A stretch of 64,000 bases of DNA from a virus (taxonomy: Duplodnaviria > Caudoviricetes): the IMG/VR virus record IMGVR_UViG_3300027566_000003; one strand, written 5' to 3'. Within the stretch, counting starts at the first letter, position 1. Each line of letters begins with the position of its first letter. The position numbers were made by a program, and so were the translations under genes. This document shows positions 49,771 to 60,525 of this stretch, piece by piece. The notes beneath the pieces were generated by a model, which saw only the letters and a list, made by a program, of their open reading frames with translations, ran no database searches and was not told the DNA's origin.

Positions 49771-51522
49771 TTATATTTTACTTACTATCTGATAATCCTC
49801 AATTATTAATTGTGGCGTTGTTTTACTTCCAAATATATTAATTGAAGTCTTTCCAACAATATTCATTACAACATTACTATACATAAATGTATCAATATTA
49901 AGCATTTCATCATCCTCCGGTGAGTTAAATTTTATAAATTCAATAACATCATTTTGGAATTTCCAATGTTTTTTATTTTCATTTCCAAATGCGTTGAACC
50001 CTAATAAATCTATATTTACATTATTGATCGCGATCAATGGTTCTTTTACAAAACTTGAGAACAAATGTTGCATACTATGTATATCTCTAATAATTTTATA
50101 ATCTATTGTATTTTCAAATATAAAATCAACTTTATGTATTTTATCATTAGTTATTTCCGAATATTTATTATTGAAATATTCGATTGCATTGGGAATATTA
50201 TCTTTGTTAATTGATACTCCAAATGCATTTTCATGACCAACTAATTCTTCAAATAATTTACTACTTTCAAGTTCTGTTTTTAAATTTTCAACAAACCCAT
50301 TATTAATATTTCTTGCACTACCACTAAATATAACTTTTTCATTGGTACTTTTGTTAATATCCTTTCTTAGAATTAAGCAAGGTTTTTCGTATTTAGAAGC
50401 TATTTTAATTGCAACTAACCCAGTCAACTCTCTGGTTACATTTTCTAATTTACTTGCATTAACAAAACAAATAACATTTTCTTTATTACTATCATCATAC
50501 AGACTAATAATTTCATCTACAGCTTTTTGTTGTATTTTTGATTGTTTTGCTTTTGCATTATTACATAACCTTGCAATTCTATCATATATAGATTCCATTA
50601 CTTGTTCTGGATTAGGATTGTTTTTTGACTTCCTTGGGGTATACTCAAATTCTTCATAATCCTGAATAAACGCTCTAAATAATAATTCCTTTTCACTTTG
50701 TAAACCTGTTCTAATCATTGCGTTAATTAATGGAGTTATATAAAATGATATATCTATAATTGTTGGTTTTTCTGTATTTTTAATACTATATGATTGCTTG
50801 TTTATTAGTGATAATAATAAAGGGTGTGATATATTTTGCAACCCTATGTCAACTAAATATTTAGTTTCGCATTCTTTTAAATCCATTACATCTGAAATAT
50901 TTCCTAATGCCACCAAATCAATATAATCATCTGCATTTGATAACCAATATTCATCATCTAGGGCTTGAAGAAATTTAAACACAATGCCAACACCACATAA
51001 ATTTTTATTTGGATAGTCACATGTTTGGTTATTAATAATTATTGCATATTCATTGTCTCGTTCTTTTTGATGATGATCTAAAATTAAAATACTAAAACCA
51101 AACTCACTTAATGATTTACATTGTTCTGTATCATTAGTCCCTGCATCCGGCAATATTATTAATCCAACATCCTTGGTTAATAATACATTCATTACTTCTT
51201 CTGATAAACCATGTTTTTTGCCCTCTTGAATTATGTAATTGATATTTTTATATTTTATTTTTGTAACAATGTAATGAAACAAACTACTCGCACTTGTATA
51301 CCCATCTGGATCAGAATCAACTACTATATAAATGGGTAATTCACTTTCAATTGTTTTCTTTAATAAACTAACTCCTTCGCTTATATTATCTAACAACGAA
51401 TATTCAAACAAACAATTTGAATTTAGATTTAAGTAGTTTTGTATATCTGTAACCCCTCTGTTTTTCAAAATTGTATTTTTTACATTTCTTGTATTATTGT
51501 CTCCTATAAGAATATATTTCAT
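49771..51522 (-). CDS. recJ: RecJ-like ssDNA exonuclease (DHH)
   Basis: DSDPDGYTS, LDHH, GVG..FK, G...D.MD, SGSAR, GHENAFG. Confidence 0.9.
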   Translation of the reverse strand: MKYILIGDNNTRNVKNTILKNRGVTDIQNYLNLNSNCLFEYSLLDNISEGVSLLKKTIESELPIYIVVDSDPDGYTSASSLFHYIVTKIKYKNINYIIQEGKKHGLSEEVMNVLLTKDVGLIILPDAGTNDTEQCKSLSEFGFSILILDHHQKERDNEYAIIINNQTCDYPNKNLCGVGIVFKFLQALDDEYWLSNADDYIDLVALGNISDVMDLKECETKYLVDIGLQNISHPLLLSLINKQSYSIKNTEKPTIIDISFYITPLINAMIRTGLQSEKELLFRAFIQDYEEFEYTPRKSKNNPNPEQVMESIYDRIARLCNNAKAKQSKIQQKAVDEIISLYDDSNKENVICFVNASKLENVTRELTGLVAIKIASKYEKPCLILRKDINKSTNEKVIFSGSARNINNGFVENLKTELESSKLFEELVGHENAFGVSINKDNIPNAIEYFNNKYSEITNDKIHKVDFIFENTIDYKIIRDIHSMQHLFSSFVKEPLIAINNVNIDLLGFNAFGNENKKHWKFQNDVIEFIKFNSPEDDEMLNIDTFMYSNVVMNIVGKTSINIFGSKTTPQLIIEDYQIVSKI

Positions 51523-52565
51523 TTAATAGTTTCGTCCTTTCCTTTCTTTATTGGGATAATGCAATTTTTTATAAGTTTTTCCCATATTTGTGGATTATCA
51601 GATGGCGATTCTTTCTCTCCTAAAATATTGTTTGTATCATATAGCATATATATATTTGCCCCTTCTAACCCCTCTGACAATTCTTCTATCTCTTCTTTTA
51701 AAACATCTTTGTCAAAACAAAATATTAAATCAACTCCCAATGAACAAAGTTTGTTTTTCTGCATTCTACTAACTTTCTTTCCACCTGTTGAAACACAGTT
51801 GTAGTACCCCATGTTAAAGAGTTGCATGGTTGCTTTTTCAGATTCCAAAACATAGCAATAACCTTTTTCTTTTATATGTTTTATTGATTTATCTAATCCA
51901 AAAAGTATTTTGCTTCTAGCACATTTTTCTAAATATATATATTTATTTTCAATTTCTCCATATTCAAAAATTCTTCCTTTTATTCCAACCAAATTCCCTA
52001 TCTCATCTCTTATTGGGATTGTAATATGGTTTGTTTCATCATCATATCCAATTTCAAAATACTTTTGGGTATCATAAGAGATATTGTCTTTAAAAAACAT
52101 ATCATTAACATACGGTTTATAATAAGTTAATATTTTTTCACTTATAGGTTTTAATTTATAATTTTCATCTACATAGTCTCCAGTTTTCATATCATATAAC
52201 ATTTGCAACATTTTAAGACTTTCAGGCACATCATCTTCATTACTCATTTCGTAATAATCTAATCCTAAAATATCACATAGGTATTTAACACACTTAAACA
52301 AATTTACTTGTTTAACAAAACATACAAGGTCAATTATACTAGTTGGTTTATTTGATTTATTATATCTGATGTCTCTAGTATGATTGATGCAATTTAAATA
52401 TTCAGTGTCAAAGTATTGACATATGGCTTGATTATTATCACCGTCATAATTAGCACATGAATAATAATTGTCATGTCTGGAAATATTTTTACATCCAATC
52501 TGAGATAACACATAATCAACTTTTTCATTAGTAAAAATATACTGTTTCAATCTTTTAATATCCAT
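51519..52565 (-). CDS. dnaG: DnaG-like primase
   Basis: IPIRD..G.LVG..GR, KY, LFGL, TOPRIM ESEK, FCFDKD. Confidence 0.85.
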   Translation of the reverse strand: MDIKRLKQYIFTNEKVDYVLSQIGCKNISRHDNYYSCANYDGDNNQAICQYFDTEYLNCINHTRDIRYNKSNKPTSIIDLVCFVKQVNLFKCVKYLCDILGLDYYEMSNEDDVPESLKMLQMLYDMKTGDYVDENYKLKPISEKILTYYKPYVNDMFFKDNISYDTQKYFEIGYDDETNHITIPIRDEIGNLVGIKGRIFEYGEIENKYIYLEKCARSKILFGLDKSIKHIKEKGYCYVLESEKATMQLFNMGYYNCVSTGGKKVSRMQKNKLCSLGVDLIFCFDKDVLKEEIEELSEGLEGANIYMLYDTNNILGEKESPSDNPQIWEKLIKNCIIPIKKGKDETIK

Positions 52566-52580
52566 ATGTCAATACTCCTT

Positions 52581-54185
52581 TCACTTTGAATATTTCTTTT
52601 TATTATTTTTATTTCCACTGTCAACATTATGGTTTGATGGTACTAATGCACCTATATTTGACCAAATATTATAATCTAAATCCACATCGTATAAAATTAT
52701 ACCATTCTTATTCCCACCACGATTTTTTTCAACCTTAACTCCATAATATGTTTTATTTGGATTTAGATTTTCATAGGCTTCTTCTCCCCAACAACCAATA
52801 GGTATATATTTGTATTTATGATAATCTTCTTTATTTAGTCTTTTACCTAAACTTAAATGATCAGCAATATGTTTTATTTGTTTTGCATTTGCAATATGAT
52901 TGCTATTTAATTCAAATACATCAGTGTAAACTGCATCATCCGTAAGTTGAAACACAGCATATAAAAACATATTTATTTCTTTCATCAATTCTTTAAGTTT
53001 TGTCGCAGTTTGTTTTACAGTTTGCCAATCATCAGTACCAAACCCCTTTAGGGTATCGTAACCACCATATTTAATTCCATATATCATTTGGTGTTTCTTA
53101 AATTCAAATTCTAATGCCGTATCAGAATAATCCATTCCAACATCTTTAAAAAACAATTGTGTTTCCCTTTTGCTATCTACCCACTTAGCAACCTCTTGTG
53201 TCAATCTATATTCATTGGAATTTTTAGTCACTCTTTTAATATATTCATCTTCATCTTCAATAAAAATACCATGATTATTTGTTTTTCTGTATATAAATTC
53301 GCTACTAATATCATCTTTATATAATCCTAAGACTACTTCTCGTTCTTTTTTTACTATATCAATTCCATGTATTTCTTTAAACTCTTTATTATTTAATACT
53401 GTAGTAATTAAACAACTTCTTAAATCTTCTTCGTCCATTTCATTACTGGCTAAAAAAAATTTCTCATTCTTAACCATAGTAATATATGTAGCTAACAACA
53501 TTAATTTTCTAGTTTTACCTTCGTTTGATAACAAACCATCAAAAATTACTTTTCCCGATCTACATCCCCTAAACATTTCATTATACATATTCCAAGGAGT
53601 CATTAATCCCATTTGTGGAGTAATTAAATATTTATTTACTGTATCACTTACACCACTATTAATTACTGAACTTTCTTTGTTGCATAATATAACTGTGCTA
53701 ACTTTATCTGCGCCAGCCTTAATTGTTTTATAAACCTGCTCTGCTGTCATTGATGGGAATCTTTGATGTTGCACCATTTTTTGTATAGGATAACCTTTTC
53801 TATGGTATTCCCTAACAAGAGAATACTTTTTTACAGTTTCAAAATAATTATCTATGTCACTCGTATCACTAATAAGCACTATTTTTTTTATTGTTTCATA
53901 TCTTCCAAAGTTAGAATATATTTTAAATCTTTCTGAATCCTGTGTTATAAAAGTATTAACTTTAAACTCATCAATTGTTTGTGAAAATGTTTTATACATC
54001 AACTCAAAACAATCATAAAAAAACTTCATTGCCTCATCAGCAAAATCATATTTACTTCTAATAAATTGACCATATTTTATGTATAAATCTGGTTCTTTAT
54101 AAAAACATCCTACAAGTAGCATTTCATTTTGAACGTTTACTAATAAATCCTTTAGTTCACCTAAGTCACTATTGATTTTAGTAAT
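52581..54185 (-). CDS. dnaB: DnaB-like replicative helicase (probable ATT start at 54185; ORF track starts at 54122)
   Basis: SNEGKTR Walker A, SNEM, YDTLK, QL, K.EKNRGG; SPbeta yorI-like position. Confidence 0.8.
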   Translation of the reverse strand: MTKINSDLGELKDLLVNVQNEMLLVGCFYKEPDLYIKYGQFIRSKYDFADEAMKFFYDCFELMYKTFSQTIDEFKVNTFITQDSERFKIYSNFGRYETIKKIVLISDTSDIDNYFETVKKYSLVREYHRKGYPIQKMVQHQRFPSMTAEQVYKTIKAGADKVSTVILCNKESSVINSGVSDTVNKYLITPQMGLMTPWNMYNEMFRGCRSGKVIFDGLLSNEGKTRKLMLLATYITMVKNEKFFLASNEMDEEDLRSCLITTVLNNKEFKEIHGIDIVKKEREVVLGLYKDDISSEFIYRKTNNHGIFIEDEDEYIKRVTKNSNEYRLTQEVAKWVDSKRETQLFFKDVGMDYSDTALEFEFKKHQMIYGIKYGGYDTLKGFGTDDWQTVKQTATKLKELMKEINMFLYAVFQLTDDAVYTDVFELNSNHIANAKQIKHIADHLSLGKRLNKEDYHKYKYIPIGCWGEEAYENLNPNKTYYGVKVEKNRGGNKNGIILYDVDLDYNIWSNIGALVPSNHNVDSGNKNNKKKYSK

Positions 54186-54215
54186 TTAAACTCACCCCTA
54201 ACCATAGTCCAGATA

Positions 54216-54668
54216 TTAAATCAATTCATCTATTAAATCCGCAAAATTATTTTCTTCATTAGTATTTTTTATTTTTTGGTTATTGCTTTGACTATACAAA
54301 ACTTCAGTTATTACTACACTTTCTTTTAAATTGCTATTATCTGCTGATTGGGCTTTTTGTCTATCCAACCATGACAAATAATCATCGTATTTTGAAATGA
54401 TTATTGCCAAATCATAGTTTAGTCGTGCATAATTATCTAGTTTTTTACCTTTTGAAATATTTTTTGAATTTACTTTATCTAAATAACTAGATTTCCTAAT
54501 CCACATATCATACATATGTTCTGGAGGTATGGGTTTTGATAAACCGTCAAGTTTACCTTTAAATATATTTGACATTTTTATAAAGAATTGTTTTGGAAGT
54601 TTAGTAACTTCATATTTGTCTTGTAAATAGTTAAATAATATTTTTCTATCAAATTTGTCTTTACTCAA
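54216..54668 (-). CDS. Conserved phage replication-module protein (yorH-like position)
   Basis: Lies between the ATPase and the helicase, as in SPbeta-like replisome blocks. Confidence 0.5.
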   Translation of the reverse strand: MSKDKFDRKILFNYLQDKYEVTKLPKQFFIKMSNIFKGKLDGLSKPIPPEHMYDMWIRKSSYLDKVNSKNISKGKKLDNYARLNYDLAIIISKYDDYLSWLDRQKAQSADNSNLKESVVITEVLYSQSNNQKIKNTNEENNFADLIDELI

Positions 54669-54694
54669 TATACAAACACCTTCTATGTATTTAT

Positions 54695-54736
54695 ATTATA
54701 TAAGTCAAGGCATGAAAATACCCTGACTTATATAAT
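54695..54736. terminator. Hairpin/terminator
   Basis: ATTATATAAGTCA.GG / CC.TGACTTATATAAT inverted repeat. Confidence 0.6.
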
Positions 54737-54750
54737 TTTTTATATTTATA

Positions 54751-55905
54751 TTAACTTATTAATTCCAATGCTTTTTCAACAACCTCTATATTAGTTACAT
54801 TTTTAAAAGTAATTGGCAACCCTTCTTGTTTCAACTTGACTTTCATTTCTTCTTTTTCTTTTGGAGTTAATGAAGTTAGTTTTTGCATTAGTTGTTCCTT
54901 AAGTGAATCCAAGTCTTTAGTTTCGCTGTTTTCATTATCACTGTCGTTTGTTTCTGAACCAAGCACCTCTTTTTCAGTCTCTCTTAGTTCTTGTTTAATA
55001 GCATCATGCAATCTATTTTGAACAACAACGTCTTTATTATCTTTTGTTTTATCGATAACTGATTGGAAAGTGAATAATGAGGGATCTTCTACAATTTCGC
55101 CATTTTGATATGTTTTAGTTCTGTCTTTAACAACATGCGCTTTAACTAATTCCATATCTCCTTCTTCTCTGAACAATCTCATTTCTGTTTTTACATTGTA
55201 CCCCATGCCTTTAAATCCTTCTGGAATCTTCTTGCCAGTTGAAATAGAAGTAATTTTACCTTCAGAATCTTTTACAGATATTTTTTCATCAACTTCTCTG
55301 GCAGTTACAATATAATGCAACCCACTTCCAGTCAAGGTTAGCACTAAATCTTGACCTTTGAAATTGATAGTATTGTAATCCTTTAGTTCAATCCCTGCGC
55401 CTTCTACTTTTACAAATTTTTCTTCACCTAACAACTTGTCTCTTTCTGCTTTTACATTTGCCCTTTTTTTGCTAAACTCAATTATGCCTTGCTTTACTGC
55501 CAAATTTAAAACTGATGTTCCATCAACAACAATCGCATCTGGAACAAATTGTTCTCCATCTGCATCCAATATCATTTTATCAAAATTTTCTTTACCTTCT
55601 TCATTAAGTTCATAAAAAGGCTCTTTTTTTGTTGCTTTTTCTATGTATTGATTTACCTCTTTTAGGGACTGTGTGTAAACAATATATAAATTCTCTAAAT
55701 TAATTCCGTCTGCCTCAATGTCTTCTAGCATATCGTCAATTGAACCGGATTCTCCATCTAGAAATAACACTCTAAATGGTTTCCCATCTGGTCTTTTTAA
55801 GTATAAAAACTGTGAAGATATTGTACTTTTACCAGTTCCTTGTTCACCAAAAAGTAACATTTGAATTTTACTTTGTACTTTTCCACCTTTTCTTGCAGTT
55901 GCCAT
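54751..55905 (-). CDS. AAA/RecA-like ATPase (Sak4/yorG-like)
   Basis: LFGEQGTGKST, LDGESGS, IVVDG. Confidence 0.75.
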   Translation of the reverse strand: MATARKGGKVQSKIQMLLFGEQGTGKSTISSQFLYLKRPDGKPFRVLFLDGESGSIDDMLEDIEADGINLENLYIVYTQSLKEVNQYIEKATKKEPFYELNEEGKENFDKMILDADGEQFVPDAIVVDGTSVLNLAVKQGIIEFSKKRANVKAERDKLLGEEKFVKVEGAGIELKDYNTINFKGQDLVLTLTGSGLHYIVTAREVDEKISVKDSEGKITSISTGKKIPEGFKGMGYNVKTEMRLFREEGDMELVKAHVVKDRTKTYQNGEIVEDPSLFTFQSVIDKTKDNKDVVVQNRLHDAIKQELRETEKEVLGSETNDSDNENSETKDLDSLKEQLMQKLTSLTPKEKEEMKVKLKQEGLPITFKNVTNIEVVEKALELIS

Positions 55906-55978
55906 ATATTATAGTTACCTCCATTTTTATTATTCTTTTATATTCTCTAATTACATTTTAGATAATGGAAAGTGGTTT

Positions 55979-56968
55979 TTACCACTCTCCGTCATCTACG
56001 TCATTTACGCTACTTCCAGATCCCCAATCTCCTTGTGCATTACTTGACTGCTCAATTTTTTGAATAGCTTCTTCAATTTTTTCTTTAGTATAAGTAGTAG
56101 TATCTAATGTATTTCCCTTTGCTCCCGTAATTACTAATCTTCTTGTTGTTGGACTACCAATTTTTTTAGTAGGATCGCTTTCACCCCACGTATCATCATC
56201 TGTGACTGTTTCAACATTTTCTGATACTTCAATATGTCCATGAACTTGAATTGCATTATAAGATTTTAATTTCTGTTTAAAAGTATTAGCCAAAGCTTTA
56301 TCTTTAACAATAAACTCAGCATCTTCAATAGATGAATATGTTACAATTTTAGTTGAAACAACAAATTCGTTATCTTTTTTGTCTATGCCCATAAATACGA
56401 TTTGCTGACTAAAATCTGATTTGAGTTCAAAGTTTTCATCAGAAAAATCTAGATCTTTGCTACATAAGGAAATTTGTTGTGGTACAAATTTAATAGAACG
56501 TTTTTTTCCATCCTGACCTTCAAAACTACTAAACTCTATTTTACCTTTGGAAAAAATACTCATATCATCTTCTAATGTCTCTTCAATTTTTTTACAAGCG
56601 TCATATTCCGTAAGAGTTTGTTGAATGTTTTTACCACTTTCATCTTTTTCTAAACCAACCCTTAATCCAATAAGATTGTATCCTTCTTTATTAAATGTTT
56701 TTCTTTTATCCCATTTAACTTTTTCAGTAACAGATTTCCCTTCTTTATCTCTTGATGAAAAAACAACCTCATCTTTAACCATTCCATTAAGATTAAGATA
56801 AATAGATTTGTTTGGTTCTACTTCGACACCAAAATTTAGGATTCTCATATCTTTTAATGTCTTGGTTTTCTTTTCTGTATAAAATTTTTCCTTATCAGTT
56901 CCGTTAACAATACCTCTAATTTGATATAATCCTGTTGTTTCTTGTAAACCATGTTTTGTTTTTGCCAT
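55979..56968 (-). CDS. SSB-like protein (yorF-like)
   Basis: Two OB-like halves; acidic tail ending DVDDGEW; first gene of the replisome block. Confidence 0.55.
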   Translation of the reverse strand: MAKTKHGLQETTGLYQIRGIVNGTDKEKFYTEKKTKTLKDMRILNFGVEVEPNKSIYLNLNGMVKDEVVFSSRDKEGKSVTEKVKWDKRKTFNKEGYNLIGLRVGLEKDESGKNIQQTLTEYDACKKIEETLEDDMSIFSKGKIEFSSFEGQDGKKRSIKFVPQQISLCSKDLDFSDENFELKSDFSQQIVFMGIDKKDNEFVVSTKIVTYSSIEDAEFIVKDKALANTFKQKLKSYNAIQVHGHIEVSENVETVTDDDTWGESDPTKKIGSPTTRRLVITGAKGNTLDTTTYTKEKIEEAIQKIEQSSNAQGDWGSGSSVNDVDDGEW

Positions 56969-58250
56969 ATGTATAAATACCCTCTTCCATTATTTTTATT
57001 TTATTATCATTAAGTAAATAATTATTATATTGCAATAGGTGGCGGTACTCCACGTTTAATTGCTTTCCAACCTGTACCTGAATTCTTCAAGCAAGCAATC
57101 AATCCTTTCTAAAATTTATAATAGCTTAAAATTTTCCTTTGAAGTGATCAACCAACCCTACACCGAATATCATGTTCCTTCATAAAGTCAACAATCTTCC
57201 TGTGTCCAATTACCTCTTCTGGTCTTAATTTCTTGTACTGCTCAATTGTCATTTGTTTGAGTCGTGCAATCATTTTCTTTACTTTTTTCCTACGATTGTA
57301 TGATACACTCATATTTTTTTATATCTCCTTCTATTTATTATTTTAGCTTCTTTCTACAACTATAAACGATATACCATTATGACTCTTATGAAAATGTGTT
57401 GTTTCTAAACTATGTAAATCTGTTTGAATAAAATAATACTGATCATCTTCGCCTAGAATTACTCGATAAGAGTCTTTCGCAAATGTATCAAAGTCTTTAA
57501 GAAATCTTACTTTCTGCATGTTTCACCTCCTTCAATAAAAATACTGTGAAATAACTGTTCTAATTGGTTATCTTATGCGTTTCACACTCGTTAATAATTT
57601 CATTTAATCGGTCAATACGTGTCTGAATTAATCCATTATAAACTTCAACGCATTCTTCATATGTATTCGCATAGTGCCTAGAATAAATATCTACTACTTT
57701 ACTTTTAACTGGTTCATCATTTTTATTAAGTGGTACAAATACTTGACTGCTATATTTAGGTTTCGTCATTCCTGCTTGACGCTTATCTAAAATAACTCCT
57801 CTTATTGGTAATTGTTTTAAATGTGAATAATCATAATTATTATCTTCGTCATACGCACATGCCCAAACTATACTTTTATGTCCTAAACTCTTTCTATCTA
57901 ATTCCATATGTTTACCTCCAATCCTATTAAACTAAACTTTCAATGTATTGTCTTTTGTATTGTTTGTTATCTCATTTAATTCCAATCCAAGTAAAAAATC
58001 AGATGCTTGATGTAATGCTTCATCAATAGTATTTCCTGTAAACATTTTATCTTTAAGCAATCTATCTTCTTCATCTGGATCTTGATAATCTGTCATTCCA
58101 AAATCATAACCTTTGTTTGCAACCAACCAAACTAGAAACCCTTTATTTGCTCCTGTTTTTTCTTCATTAAGACACCTTACCTGTGCTACTCTTATATTGT
58201 TCATTATTGAGTTAATCAAAACAACATGCCTCCCTATTTATTATTTTCTA

Positions 58251-58871
58251 CTAACTAAACTCAATAAAATTCCTCCAAAACAACAATTCACTACCACATC
58301 TATAGGCAACTCTTTCTAAACTTCTTTCACACCATTTTCTATAAGCTTCCTCGTCTTTAAATCTTGAGTCAATTCTTTTCTTAGCTTTTCTTACCAAGGA
58401 TACACCCTTCATGTCTGAAATCTTTTGAGAATATTTTTTCATCTCAAAAATACTAAGATCAACCTCGATAACGCCTATATCCTTTGGAATCGTATCGATA
58501 GGAATAGTATTTATAGGACAAATTATGTATGTATAGGCACTTGCACAACAGAAACCATTGTTAAAATCACTTAAACTTGCTTTTGCTTCTATACCTTTCA
58601 TATCATAATGAAACTTTCTAGGAGCAACACGTACTTTCTTCAAACCAACACAATCGATTATTTCTTTTCTCTTTTTGCCAATATCTAAGTCCCACATGCC
58701 TGATACTTCAGTTGCTAAAATTTTATAACCCCATCCAAAAAGTATGTATTTGGATATTTCCTTTAGTAAGAAATGTGTTTCTGTTTCATTTTTAGGTTGT
58801 TTGAAATTCAATTTACCACCTCGATTCCATCCTTTCTTATAGAATAACCTTCCTACTTTAGGATACCACAA
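58251..58871 (-). CDS. PD-(D/E)xK nuclease-like (MmcB-like) protein
   Basis: ATEV...IDCVG...GIEAKASLSDF..G. Confidence 0.5.
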   Translation of the reverse strand: MWYPKVGRLFYKKGWNRGGKLNFKQPKNETETHFLLKEISKYILFGWGYKILATEVSGMWDLDIGKKRKEIIDCVGLKKVRVAPRKFHYDMKGIEAKASLSDFNNGFCCASAYTYIICPINTIPIDTIPKDIGVIEVDLSIFEMKKYSQKISDMKGVSLVRKAKKRIDSRFKDEEAYRKWCERSLERVAYRCGSELLFWRNFIEFS

Positions 58872-59628
58872 CCAAATTACAATTGCAAATAAATTATTTT
58901 ATATTTGTTAATGTAATTCTCTTTTGGCATATTTTACATTTTTATTTAAATAAAATACAGCATCTTCAACTGCTAGTTTCATTACCGACACTTCCCCATC
59001 TATCAGACGTAATATTAAATCATAGGCCACTACTAAATCTTCATACATCTGTTCTTCGAGCTTTGACATCTCAACCTCCTTAAAATCCTCTTTCCCAAAT
59101 AATCTTGACTTCACCAATTTTGTTTACAAAGAATTCATTATAACAATTTTTACACTTTCTTGGAGTAAATTCACTTATGTATTGGTAATGATATTTACCA
59201 CATAGAGGGCAGTACCATTCATATTTATCCAAGGCAATCACTCCTATGTAATTATTTATTTATTAATTATATGTTACTCCTTTGTACCCCTTCATATCAG
59301 TATCCATTCTTACTTCTGTTTCTAATGAATATTCAATATCTAAATGTTCCAAAGCATTTGTAAAACCATCAAGAAAATCATCAGGATTACCATGAATATT
59401 GTCATTCCAATATATAATCCATTTTCTATCTTCATCAACTAAAGCGGTTTGTGCATAATCTCCAAATTGAACATCTTCAAAATTTACATCTTTAATTGAT
59501 GTACATTCGCCATCATTAATTAATTCATCTAATAATTCTTGATCTATTACTGCAATTTGAGTTAGGTTTAACATTTATTTTCTCTCCTTTATATTAGTAA
59601 TTTACTATAGATTGAATGATTTAATGGG

Positions 59629-60525
59629 TTATTTATTACCTATAATATCTTTTACAATCTGAGGTATTTTACTACCAATTGCTTTCCTAAGTGCTTGAAT
59701 CTCATATCCTTCAGGTAAAGAATCACTTTCTTCTTTGAGAATATCTTCATAAATTCTAGTACCTAAATTACTAAGAATTAATCTCATATCTTCAATCCCA
59801 AAATCAGATTCAAGAATACCCTCATCAACTAATTTATATAACATCTTATCTACTCTAGCTTTTGTAACACACATATTAGCAAATTCTTGTTCAGGCGTAG
59901 CAGGTCGATTAGGATCTTTAGGTGGTTTCTGTTTTTGTGTTTCTGCGAATTCTTCATGGACTAATTTTACAAAACATTGATGTCCATATTTGTCTCTGTA
60001 TTTCACATTCTTAACTACAATTCCCTCACCAAAATTTACTGCCATATCTGACTTACCAACAAAACTCATCAAATGTTCGAACGATATGTATTGACCTTTA
60101 TATAAGATTGGTACTGTATTAAGACCTAATCTATTTGCTTCATTTTCCATAATGTCATCTGATAAGTATTCTTGTAATTCATCATCATAAACACTAAATA
60201 AATAGAATTTTTGATAGCACTCTTGTTTATATTGAATCTTATGTGATACCAACCATTCTCCGAAATACCTATACCTTGGATTCAACAATTCAGGTTTAAT
60301 TCCTTGAACCCATCCATAATATCCTCGCAAAGTATTAACCTCATCTACTGGAGTGTTTCTTGAAAATCCATCCACCTTATTTTCTTCATTTAATTTAAAG
60401 CTTGAATTTGCTCCATCTAGTTTTTCAGTTACCTCTATATAGTCTCCTTCATTTAAAACACCCACTGTTGATCTATGCCCTAGTCGAACAACATCAGTAT
60501 ATTTTTTAATTTCTCCCATTAACAC
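59629..60525 (-). CDS. RNA ligase (Rnl2-like nucleotidyltransferase)
   Basis: TEKLDGAN (motif I), FGEW, F.LFSVYD, GEGIVVK, VKLV. Confidence 0.85.
   Translation of the reverse strand: MLMGEIKKYTDVVRLGHRSTVGVLNEGDYIEVTEKLDGANSSFKLNEENKVDGFSRNTPVDEVNTLRGYYGWVQGIKPELLNPRYRYFGEWLVSHKIQYKQECYQKFYLFSVYDDELQEYLSDDIMENEANRLGLNTVPILYKGQYISFEHLMSFVGKSDMAVNFGEGIVVKNVKYRDKYGHQCFVKLVHEEFAETQKQKPPKDPNRPATPEQEFANMCVTKARVDKMLYKLVDEGILESDFGIEDMRLILSNLGTRIYEDILKEESDSLPEGYEIQALRKAIGSKIPQIVKDIIGNK

Noticed and set aside
602-60000. Numerous short antisense or overlapping ORFs in the track (e.g. 602-814, 1707-1925, 14227-14514, 20293-20634, 31217-31477, 47328-47669)
   Set aside because: They are shadows of longer genes on the opposite strand or frame, without RBSs or recognisable motifs.
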